From: Phoronis australis
Taxonomy: Eukaryota > Animalia > Phoronida
NCBI GenBank assembly: GCA_002633005.1
Contig: NMRA01000263.1
Span: 486,143-550,142 of the forward strand
Direction: 5' to 3'
DNA: 64,000 bases
In this document: piece by piece, positions 1-12,500 of the stretch
Layout: each line of letters starts with the position of its first letter
Position numbering within the stretch: position 1 is the first letter of the stretch
Notes under the pieces: generated by a model
The model's database searches: none
What the model was told of the DNA's origin: nothing
What the model saw: only the letters and a program-made list of their open reading frames with translations
Translations under genes and position numbers: made by a program

Positions 1-712
1 TTCATTTCAAGCACTATTGGCTGTGGAACTTGTTTTTCGCTGGGACTTACCGTTCTTGAGATTTTCTGCTTAGATGACTGTTCTTTTGTTGACGTTTTGA
101 TGGTCACTTATTCGTGCTAGAGAACGCATTTTTCATCTGATTGAAATTTACATGCATTGTTTCTGTAGTCAATAGCTCAAGGACTTTGGTTTGTGGGGAA
201 AATTGGACACAAGATGGCACGGTGACGGCCATGTATCGAATAATGTTTGCAAAGCTCTCTCAGCGATCCTTTGATCGACTATTTTCCAATTTGGTGTGTA
301 AATAGATTTCCTCATGGGCTTTATGCAGTTTGTGTTTTCACTTAATGAAAATGTGTATTCTTACCTCTTTGTATTTGTTGCATCTGGTTTGAAGTGCTTT
401 TTGCTTATTTTGTTTCTAGAAAAAAGCATGTTTTCCTTGTCACTAGATGGAAATGTCCTGTTCATCAATACTGAAATTGTAGGCCCTAACAATGGGCATT
501 GTCCAGGTTATGAGATAAATTTATGAAACATGCCTTTGTCTCTGACTTGTATCCTAGTTTAGTTTCAGATGTCCTTTATTTCACTGTCAATTTTATCAGC
601 AGAACTTATTTTTATTCTGACAAAGTAAATAGACTGAGCATGTTCCTTCTTTTGGTGTTAACTGTTGCTCAGATACATTGGTTGTGTTTTATATTACTGT
701 TCACATTATCAG

Positions 713-818
713 GTACTTAAACCATGAAACCATATTTACTGTTTTCATCAAGAGCTCTGATCGAGTAAATTGCGTTATGGAAAACTATCTGTGGCGCACC
801 CTAGCAAGCCAGAGATAA
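713..818 (+). CDS. Probable terminal coding exon of an upstream gene (..YLNHETIFTVFIKSSDRVNCVMENYLWRTLASQR*), product unidentified
   Basis: Pyrimidine-rich acceptor (tcacattatcag|g) at 712/713; frame open from 714 to TAA 816-818. Followed by several kb of T-rich, UTR-like sequence with AATAAA near 4498. No homology recognised. Confidence 0.4.
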
Positions 819-3800
819 GGCAAGTTTCACATGATGTCGTTCATTTTTTATACAAAGAGCTATTCGGAAGAGCCCCTTGATAACCAGTTTTGTAGTTATA
901 CTAGTTCATGGTAACCTGTTCTGTATTACCCAAGAATATGTTTCTTGTATGGTTAATTTAACACATTTGTGTGCAGAAGTTTAATGTTATGTCATTTCAT
1001 TTCCTAATGTGTTCACAGAAAGGGTTTGGGTTGCGCAACAACTTAGTTGCTTGTGAGGTTATTTTTGTGTTTTTGCTGTGAAGAATTTAAATGTGAGATT
1101 TTTAATTACAAGTTCCTGTGTTTCTAATGTAACTAAAATGCAACATATTTACCTATTGGAATTACAACAAAAGGTGCATGGGCAATAACTACCTACATAA
1201 AAAAGGTTGATAAGACTTTTTGTGCATAATTTTCTTTCTTAGGGGACCCTACTGTTGAAGTGCCGTCCCTTGGGAGTTTCTTATCACTGTAGGCAGGATT
1301 AGTAAACTACACATTGACACATAATATGTCGCATAATTTTTGTACCAAGCCAAAGTTTTGTGTTTAAATCAGGTTAGCTTTTTGATAGATTTGCATTAAG
1401 GATACAGTTTATTTGAGTTATTTGAAGAAAAATTTACATTACATTTTAATTGCATGCCTTTTTATCAAGGCCAGCAGCTGTTGACTAGTAATTTTTGTTC
1501 CCTTTTGTTCAATTCAAAGAGCAGACAAAGTGTGGTAGTATCTGTAGCCTGGTTACAAACAGCTGCTGATACCCTCATATTCTGCTTGTCAATCAAAAGC
1601 TCTGTAAAAGCAATTAAGTTCACAATTATATACCTTCAGTTAATGTTTTTTTACAATTTAAAAAAACAAAATGAATTTGGTTTTTCATTATATTGTTGCC
1701 AAACTTTTTTGATAGTATTTTGTAATTTCAAAAAAATGCTGTGCTTTGGTAACTGATCACTGCAATTAAGGTATCAGGTTCCTCCAATGGTTGAAAGTTT
1801 GTTTGAACATCTGTTCATTTTTTGTGGTGACTGCTTATAAAAAATCTGTGAAATCGGGGAAATTTTGGATTTCTTTGTTCTTTATTCAGCCTTTAGTTCA
1901 GTAGCTGTGGTACATTCCAAAAGCAACCTAAATACGATATTTGTTTAAAGCCACATTGTAGCCTTCGTTTTTGTCTGGATATTTTTTGAAGTTTTTTAGA
2001 ATGGCAAGTTTGTGTTGCTAGAATTCTTTGATTGCTTCTGTGGCAAGACTCAGTCCTGCTTTTTTGATTTGTTTTGATTTGAAGCTGCTGATTTTGAGCA
2101 TTTAAACTATCTTTATATATGCCATTCCATTGTATTTTTACAATCTGTGTAATACTGGCATAAATTTTGGATTACTGTTTTGAGCTATGAACCCTTTGTT
2201 TCAGGAATAGATTGGTTGATCTTCTAACTTGGAGTTCTGAGAATAATACTCCAACTCAAAACCAGTGCCTACTTTAATTAAATCTGTTTACTGCTAAGCA
2301 TACTAATAATGGTATGACTAGCCAGCATGCCACTTAATGGTGGTTGGTCTGTTGACATTTTCTTACTTTTTGACCAACAGTCACAAAAATTCAATTAGTC
2401 ATGACAAAATTTTCAAAATTGACCTTGACAACTAGTCAGCAACAGTGATGTGTTGGCATGGTCACTAGCTGTGTGTAGGGTCATTTTCTGTTTATTTACT
2501 GTAAATATTCTAAAATGGACATATGGTAAAAACTTTGCAATTTCAGACAAAATAATTTCCAAAATTAGTCTTTTACGTTTTTCAGTTTTGTCAATGCCCA
2601 CAATTCCTCAGAATCATTGTCAGGTGGAAGCTACAGATCTTTAAAAATGATATAGCATGTGTTTAGTACTACTTATCTTTTATGAAAAAAAACAAAAAAG
2701 AGAAATTTCAATCGTCTGTCATATCGTGACCTACATTGGAGAATGTTTACCTTAGGAATAAGTTGTGAGTAAACACTGGATTGTGGTTGGGTTCTTGGGA
2801 ACAGTTTTCAGAAGAGAGGGCAAATTATGCTGTTGAGTATTTCCTTCAAAATTCTTAGATCCAACTGTGTGGTGTGATCTGGGAATGAAATGTTAAATGT
2901 GGTGGTAAGATGTCACTCACCCTTAGGGATGGGCTTTGTTGACAGAACAACAACCAGTTTATTAGACTCACAGCATGTATGACATTTGACTTGTGACATA
3001 ACCTTAAGGTGACCTTCAACTCTTGAGCTTATTTACCTGTTGCATTTTTGTTTGTTGAATGTTTTTTCTGCCTTTTAAACATAATTTTGTGGCATGAACT
3101 GCGAGAATTTTCATGGTTTGAATTCTAATTGAACTGCAAAGCAGTTGTAGCTCAGATTTTCCAAAATTAACACATTTTCATTGTTGCAGAACCTGTACTC
3201 GAATTTTTTGCTTGGGTGCATGTTGTTCGTGATTGCCAACTATTTTTGTTGACTTAATTCAATTTTGAAGAAACTCCCTACTATTAGCATAGCTGTAAAG
3301 CCTGGGTGCACTACGTCTAATTGAGACAGACGTGACAAATTGATGGGGTGAAAAAGAAAGGTCCACACATTATTTACTGATTTTCCAGCCAGTTAGCCAA
3401 TTTGGTCCTGTTTTCAATGACTACAAGTCCTGATGGCTTACTCTGATGACATTTGTTTCATAGAATTAAGGTAAACTGCAACTAATAAAGTTAAAATTTG
3501 ATAAATTTGGCCACCAATGTTTTCGTGGGGCTGAAAATAGGATGGAGAACTGAAATGTTCTTTTTATTCCACACATATGATTATTATCAATATTACATTA
3601 GAAGTAACAACAACACAGTAATACTGGACCAGGGATGTTCTAAATGGACTGCAATTAGGGCAGAAATCTTTCTCCACATCCTAGACAGCATTCAGAAGTG
3701 TAAATTCCACTGTACAATAAACAAGGTATTGAGTACACCCTTGTGAGGTTGTGAGAGTGCATTCCAAATTGACTTATTTCTGATGTAGCCATGGCTTCAT

Positions 3801-5039
3801 TCAAAAACGTGCTCGTTAGCTGCAGAGTTGATGTTGGGCAAACATTCAGGGCCACCCACATTTCACCGGCCCATCTTCTCTAAAAGAATTTGAGATTTTA
3901 GCCATGATGCGCAGAAGTCGCTTTCATTTTGTAACTTAACTAAAGAGTTCTTTGTCAGATGTTATTAGCATAATTTATAATATAATGCAATGCTCATACC
4001 TTTAACATCTCATTACATTGATTAGCCAGTGTCTTTTACCCATGTTTTTCTTCAGTTTACTTGGTGTTGTTGTGCTTGAAGAACTGATTTGTTCTACTAA
4101 CGACTAGTGAGTGTGTGTTGCCCACTAATTGATGCGTAACTTTAGTACTAATTAAACCAGTTGTTTCCTGTTGATGTCTGATTTTGCTAAACGATAGTTT
4201 TAGGTTTTTCAATGGTTGGCGGCAAAAGTCTTAACAGCATTCCCTTAACTGAGGTTTAATAGCTATCTTGAAAAGACCGTCCATTCATCCTACCTATCAC
4301 TCTTGCTTCACTGCCTAATTGTTGGAATTCTCACTAGTCCTGTACATACAACTTTCTCCAGCCTTGTTTGCTAATTTGTGTGTCTGAGTACTAAATTATA
4401 AAAGGTTTACACATAATTATGTGTGAGACTTTGTTAAGCGCTAATCATCCAGTGTCGACTGGTCTGTCAGAAAAGATGAAAAACAGTTGATTATGAAAAT
4501 AAAGCTCTTTTTTTGGGGCCACCATATGTTAACTCATTCATCAGTTTTCAAGCTTGTCAATACCCTCTATTGTGAAGTTCAGTATTGCTGGGCATGAGTT
4601 TATTTAACATCTGCTTCTAGCACAGTATAACAATTAGGACAAAGCTCCCTGATTGGTTGTCAAGTCTGCTTAATCCACACTGTCTACACTGTGGTCTCAT
4701 TTCCCACTGAATTTGTTTCTTTTTGTTAACCTAATGAATACCATTTGGTGCTGATAATGACATGTTCATGTTGTTCAATTTCTGTGAATGTGCAGAGTGA
4801 GCTAGTCACTTAATGATGTGACTAAATACATTCACTGACTGGCTATTCTTAATACATGTTCATACATATTTTCCAACTCCATGTATATGGTGAATGTCTA
4901 GCCCCGAAGCTAACCCATCTCAAACTATCATACTGCATATATTGAATGGCAAATGCCTTGAAGTCTGCTTGTTCAGTCCAGCTATGGCTTCTTGAATACA
5001 ACTAACATGCAGGATGCTCTTTTCTATGTAAAAATACCA

Positions 5040-5131
5040 TTAATAATTATGATAATAATCAATAATAATATTGATAATAACGTCAATAATAATAATAATA
5101 GCAATAATGATAATAATAATAATAATAATAA
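5040..5131. repeat. Imperfect (AAT)n microsatellite
   Basis: About 30 AAT/GAT/CAAT units seen directly. Confidence 0.9.
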
Positions 5132-6503
5132 TTTCGGTGCTTATAAACAGCACTCTTTTTCACAGTGCTTCATGATTTTTATTCCCGCCACCGTCGGTGC
5201 TTTACCAATTTTCATCATTCATCTACAACATGATATAACCTTGTACTCATTTTCATTGAAGTAGTGACAGTTTATCCTCCCCTTAGAGGACATAACAAAA
5301 CACCATCAGCAAATCACAGCACCACCTCGAGTGTGGTTTTCTCCACCTTGATAAAATCCTAGATCCACCTCTGCGGAATCAGGTGATGGGAATCAAATAC
5401 TTGTACCTTCAAGCATTTTATTAGTAAGATGTTAGTTTATGTGAGTAGTAGTTGTAAGGCATATTTTCACTTGATGTACCAACTGATGGTCCATTTTACT
5501 CCAGAGTATACTTGCTCTTGACTAAGGTAAACAGATGATATGTATACTCTGGCAAACTCAGGCCAAACAAACTCGGCTATTATTAGAATCTGAAACAATA
5601 TTTAGTTTGGAGTTGTCAAGACTCTTGTATCTTCACACAAATCTAGGTGATCATTAAAGACCTGGTCAACTGCAGTCTGACGCATACTTTTTCATCTCTG
5701 TTGCCGTAGCTTGTGTACATTCTACTATCTACGTCACAAACCTGTTATTTTTATTCATCTGTCATATCAAGCAAGACTATTAGTTATTGTTGGTAGGATC
5801 AAATGGAAAAGACCTCATGTCTATAGCATTAGATCAATGACTAAACATCTGTTGCTACTTTAGAACCTGTTACAATGAACTAGATTGAAGAATTTGTTTT
5901 TCTTTAACTCTGCCTATCCTGGCATCTGCCAAAATGAAGACCAGTCAAATGTGTACAGGTACTAATCACTAGAGACTAGTGCTGCAAATAAGAAACATGC
6001 CTTGCCATAGCACTCATCCCAATCTCCCTAATCGTTCTTCTTGTCTTTGCTTTCATCCAAATGCCAAAGTTTGGATTAAAGGGTAACTGAGAAAATATGT
6101 TGAAAATTGTTTTTATGGTGATCTTTTATTGCGCTGTCTTCTGCTGTGCTCCAATTGCATCAAGTCTTAAAAAGGACTGGTAGTTTACCTATGTAGGGTT
6201 TTTGTTTGATGAAATGCTCAATCTTTGCAAACATTATGAAGAAGACCTTGGGTTTTATACCTCTTATGTGTAGCTGAAGTTTATTGCAATATTTCACTAG
6301 GACAGTGTTGTTTTGTAACACCTGTTCAGTGTAATCTGTAATACTATCAACCGTATTATTTATTTCTGTTAAACAAACTAAGATTCCACTTATCTGCCGT
6401 AATGTGTTAAATGAATCTTCAATTTTTTTAACTGCTACTTATGGTGTCTCTGTTGTTGTTTCAGTTTGAAACTTGTGATGTAAAACCTCTGGGCCATGAG
6501 CGA

Positions 6504-9500
6504 ATGAGGGATGCAAGCTACTACCTCGTTTTCGAAGTTCTATTCCACAAATGCGTCAGTCGACTATGTAACAAGGAGGAGACTCCTCATTCAAGTTGTT
6601 TTCGAGCGCGGAGTCTTATCGACATGAGGACATGGCTGGTACAACTAGGCATTGATAAATCCCTTCCTGGCATAATGTCTAATGGGATGCCACATACTAA
6701 GGTATGTCCCAATGTACCTACAAGTAACCCCATCTAGTGTTCGCTCATGTTGCTTGTGGTGCCTAATATGATGAGCCTGTCAATTTCAACATGTTGAGTC
6801 TCGTCTTCAGCAGTAAAGTTTTATTAGTCTTTTCCAATCCTGGGCCAGAAATTATTTCTTGTCCGGTTGAAAAAGGTGCAGTTTTAGGCCAATTCTGTAG
6901 CCATTCTTGACCTAATTTAGAAGTCGGTATTTTCAACATCGAAAATCAACTAAAGAGTGCATAGCAAATTTTAAAGTGGTTAGAACGATTATCTTTTTGT
7001 TGAAGTAAACCTACATCTGTACTTTGCTTGTTTTGAGTTGTGAAGACATCTAATTATTTTTTTATGCAACTTTGGCGAGCTAATAATATGAAGGGTAAAC
7101 TCATTTTATTGCGTAGTGAATTGAGAACACGTGTTGAAAACACATGTTGAAAGATGTTGAAACAATTCAGTTTTAATGATGCCATATGTTCTGTGTTATC
7201 TAACTATGCATAGACACTTTTAAATGAATATCTACACACTTTTCCATCAGGCTTTAAAAGAATTTCATCCATTTCCCAGTAACAAGGTGTTGATATTCCA
7301 ATAGCCTAGTCTCTGCCTGTCTTGGGAGGCCTGGCAGGATGCAGTGAACTGTTGCAAATGATCACATAACATTTCCACTGATCCCTAGTGGCTCCAACAT
7401 TGCCGTATGGCTCATTAACCTGCGAGCATTTGACTTTAAGATCTTTGAAACAATAACAGCCTAACTAGAACTGTAGTGGCCTTGTCATAATATAGTCAGA
7501 GTTAAATGCTTAACAAATGTTGTAAAGGTGAACCATACCTGCAGGGGATTTGGGATGGTGTGTATCCTGTGCACAATTTACACCATGTACTTAAGTACAA
7601 GACTTGCTGTCTTTAATTTCCTTTTTACAAATGAAGTGAGCAGAGCCCTATTTAACTTGGCTACTTGTCTTTGTTGACGGCAGTTAACATAAAACTTTTC
7701 TGACGTGTAAGAAGTATGACTAATTGTTTGCTTCAGAAAAATTCTTGTAGACTGTAATTCTGTAACTGGAGTGCATAATTTTTAACCAGATATTAGAAAT
7801 GTCCTGATTACAGGGCAAGTGTGCCTTATTGGTTGATTTTATCACTAAACAGAGAAGTACAACCAACAAATCAAAAGTGAAGTATTTTTCCTTGTATAAA
7901 GCTTGCTATTGTTCCAAGAACTTTTGGCAGCTTCCATCAAGCATCAATTTATTTGATTGAAATCAACTGTCTAAAGGCAAGCAGACTGCAAGAGGCTTAA
8001 GTTTCCCTTAATGATATAAAATAACAATGGGTTTAATGTCTGTCTTTTGGAATGTTGGTTACTAGACCCAATGGCTCTGGTGTCTGGATTATACCAGATA
8101 TTAAGCAGACTTGTTGGAGCTTTAGCAGTAAAATATAAATGCCTGATATAATTCAACCATTGAGATATTCAGACTAAACATTACTTCATTTATTGATCTT
8201 CAGAAGAACTTTGATCCAGTACTGCACAGCCATGTGTATTTCTTATCTGATTAGCATTCCTGGCTTTTCATGAGGTTTTCTAGATACATAACATCAGTCA
8301 ATCCCTATTACACAGTTCTTAGTAATGGTGCTGGTGATTGGCACATAGAAATGACATTGCCATGACACAGAATGAGATTAAATCTAGTCTGATGTTAAGC
8401 TCTGTGTAATAATAATCCATAAGAATAACTGCGATTGCTATCTTAATGTATTAATTTTGCACAGCTGGGACTCCACAAACATGAAGTCCAAATACCAACA
8501 TTGATCTTTAATAATGAATGTATAAAATTTACTTAGGTAGTAATTCTTGTATTTATTTTTTAATTTTGTTAATGGTTGTAATGAAGTCTTGATAAAGTTT
8601 TAATTATGTCAAGATCATAAAATTTGAGGTTACATTGGTGAGTAACACTCAAAATAAACCTCAACAAATTGTCGGGTGTGGCTAGGGACAAAATTTCTTT
8701 CAATAGGAAACATTCCATGTGTAACTCTTTAGGGTTGTTAGGATTTTGAAAACCAGTTTGAGAGAACTGGTTCTCAAAATGGGAAATGACTATTGTCCAT
8801 TTTGAGGCATTGGACACTTGTGTGAATATCTCGCTACACAATAGTGGCATGATGGTGACAATGAATTTATCAAAAATGCTAAAAAAATGTCCCACTGCAT
8901 GAAATCCGTACAGGAATGCAGATTGCTGTCATTCAACTACCTGATTGCCATCTAGCGCCAAAGCAAATTTCATAATGCCACCGCTATAATGGCTTTGCGT
9001 AACATGTTTTCAGTGCCATACCCAACCTACGCATAGTTGCCACCTGATTTATACATTCAAAAATAATAAACCAAAATCATTATCTACTATTTAGTTCTGT
9101 TATGTTTGGTTTAAGCTATTTTTTTCCGCTTACATTTAACAGTGTTTCATCACAAGTTTTATCCCCTGGTCTTCCAAGTTGATGAGTTTTTGCTGAATGC
9201 TGAACGTGTATTTCAGTTGTCTATCAGCAATATCTCTTCACTTATTTTACAAATCCCAAATCTTAGCACATCAGTTGGTTTAACTCTGCTGCTGGACAAA
9301 TGGACCAAGCCATCATAAACAGCAAGGCCGTTGACTTCTGAGTGCCACATTGATAACTCATTCTTTCAGGAGCATCAACCATGGACAGGACAATGGGATG
9401 AAAGTCACCCTGCCCAGGCCCTTCAGGAAGAGATTAAGAGCCTGCGGACTCGCGCGCTGTTGGAACAAAGACAAGTCATTCCTAATGAACCTCCACCACC

Positions 9501-12500
9501 CTATGAGGCAATAGCACAACAGTTTCACCAGGTCAAGTGTGATGAGGTATTAAATTTTAACTTTTGCTCTTCGTTTTCTACCATGAACGGATTATTTGCT
9601 TACTTTTGATGTGGGTAGCTGAGTTAATTAGCATTGTTTCCTTGTGATGGATTGTAGTGAAAGTAGCCAAAAACCATTATCATTGGAACCTTTTGCTTCA
9701 GACTCGGGAACTTAAACACAATGCGAAGTACGGTGCTATTAAGTATCAACTGTCCAATTTTGGTGTCAAACGTTGCATTTGTCCGAATGTATGTACTTTT
9801 TTGGTCTTGCAACTGCAAAACTGTCGGATCCTTATTGGTGGACAAGGCGTGCTTGGCAAATTAGACGGCATGACTCATCAAAATTAAGTAGAGTCCGGTC
9901 TCCAGCAGTAAGAACTATCGGTTCATTTCAAGTCCAGAAATTGCATCTATTACAACTGAAGAACACTTTGAGACCAATTTTGTAACAGAAAGTGGTCTCA
10001 ATCGAAAAGTGCTTTTGTGGTGAAAGGTAGGGTTATTGTCACTTTAACTCTAAATAAATTTTAAAATTATAGTTAATCTATATATTGTGTTGGCCTAAAC
10101 ACTTGTTTGTACCACTGCCACTTGTGACTCTTACCAAAAACTGGTCAAGTTTGTAACCTTTAAACTACAGTTTGCTGTTTCCATTGCATGTAAACAGATT
10201 TTTTTGAAAACAGCAAATTCTCGTTATCTAGACTAAGGAGCCCTAAGCTCGTAATTGTGAACAACTCTGACTTAAGATTTGGCATGTTTTGTACTATTTT
10301 CTTATTTTCATGTTTAAATCTATACCTGAAAAGTTACAAATAAGCCTGCGCTTAAGCGTGCACTGACTTAGTGGTAACTAATTTGTTTTCTGTTATCTAC
10401 TTTACATGGTACTTAACTAAATCTTAACAATCCACCTTACAGGGTCATAAAAACTAATGGGGAATTAATTTGATAATCGGATTAGGAAAAAGCTTAGCAT
10501 TCCAAAATCTTATCAAATGAAATGTTTGCTTTCATCTAGTTTCTTATCTATTCTAATGAGAAAAGTTTGGCGGATTTGTTTTCAATGTTTTATGTGTTTA
10601 TTAAAGATACTTAGAAAGCTTTTTAGAAAAAGCAGTTTCATTTATCAGCTGAGGTTTTTAGATGCCAGCAGATTTGTGTATAACTGGAATATCGACCGTT
10701 ATGTTTGATAACACATAAGCGCCTATACTATAACTAGTCCATGAGACGATTTAAGAGTCAAAAGAAATAAAGCAGTTGAAGCCCTGACACTGTTCAACCT
10801 TCCACGGCAATCAATGAACAGTTGAATTTATAATTTGAAGTGTTATGCAATAAATGCAGGCGAGTTATTGATTGTGCAAAGTACCACTAGCTATAATGCA
10901 AAGTATGGTATTAGCACCTTCATGAAGAGCCGATACATATCCTCAATATATATTCTCTGGATTATGTGACCATTCTGCAGTTGGGCGATAACTTATTTGA
11001 CATTGGATTTTACCTTTTTAGACATTTATTGTCAGAAATTTATTTCAATGAAGGTTCAGAAATACTTAATTTGGATGTTTGATTTTCAGGGCTTGGAATT
11101 TTCCGCGGAAACGCGGATTTCCGCTTTTTTCAAATGTTTCGTCCGGGTATTTTATTATATTTCCGCGTAAAAAAAAATCGGATTTGATATAAAATTTCCG
11201 CGGCAAATTTCTTTTTTACCGCCGCGTTGCCGACGACTTTCACCTCAAAAAGCGGAAGTTGCTCTTTAACTTTCAGAGGAACGTAAATTGTCAACATTGC
11301 CGGGCATCTGTGATAGCGTGGTGGATTTCCTCAATGGCGGCTCGTGTGATTGTAAACCGCGGTGACAAATACTCCGACTCTGCAGCCAAAAATGTTTGGA
11401 GGTGGGAGTGGCGGACCAGCTAAGACAGACGCAGATACGCGCTTCCGGAGGTGGTACCGTTTTTTTTTTTTTAGTCCTCCCGATTTTTGTGGGCAAAATG
11501 TCCACACCGACTTCTTCAAGGCTGGCTGCGCGCATGTTTCGGGCCGTAAAAATTTCCGCGTTTTCCGGCATTGGTCATTCCAAGCCCTGAATTTTGCTGC
11601 GCCATGGGATTTGTTGTCATTATGAATGTTTGAAACTTACATGGATTGGATTTATATTTTTAATATGCTAACATCTTCTCAAATGTTGCACAAGCAGAAT
11701 GCGCAGGAGGTCACCATGAATCTAAAAATTAAGTACACACTTGTCCTGAGGGCAAGTCTGACTGGCAATGAGAAGAAAAAGTTCATCCTTGTCTTGTAGA
11801 TAAACATTATTGCAAGACCTTACACCCACAACTATCACCTGCTCACTGTGTCTTTGGTCCTTATGAGAAAGGAGGCAGTGATATATCTAGAAATCACAAG
11901 GCATGTTTCCATTAAAAACACCTATGGTGACTTATAAGACTAATTAGGGTTGGGAATACTGGTGTATAAACAAACCAAATAGCTAACAAGTAGTGCATGA
12001 GAGTTGGTCTTGTAGAAATGCACTGATTCCCTTCATTTGGAGTTTGCGACCATCAGCGCCAGTCCAGTGCAGAACTGTCGCAGGGTTGATAATGAAACTC
12101 TGGGAAAGTTATGTGAGCCATGTTTTTTAAACAGGTTAAACATTACGCATGATGGTATTTTTCACTTATGTGTTAAACAAAAACTTTACTAATCATCTGC
12201 ACAATTTGAGAACTTATCATTTGCCTCATCACTCATCTCAAGTGTTATTGTAAACAAGTTTGATGTTGATAACAATTTAGTATAAACTGGTCAAGGTCTT
12301 GCATAAAAGTCTACAGATCCTCCAAGGAAATCTTATTTGTTGATAACTGCAGTATGAAAGTGATACTGAAACTTGTTCTATTTATTAACTTTGGGATTGC
12401 CACAGAATGTGGCTTTAAGATGATCACGAGTTAGTGTGTTTCGTTGATGACTTGGAAACTTGCCAGAGTTTATGTTGTCAACAGCTCGGTCGAATACTTC

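Noticed and set aside
4992-5264. ORF with a poly-Asn tract
   Set aside because: Translation of an (AAT)n microsatellite; no splice or homology support.
11266-11625. Four overlapping ORFs in a GC-rich patch
   Set aside because: They lie within a TIR-bounded MITE, where high GC lowers stop frequency; no recognisable motifs.
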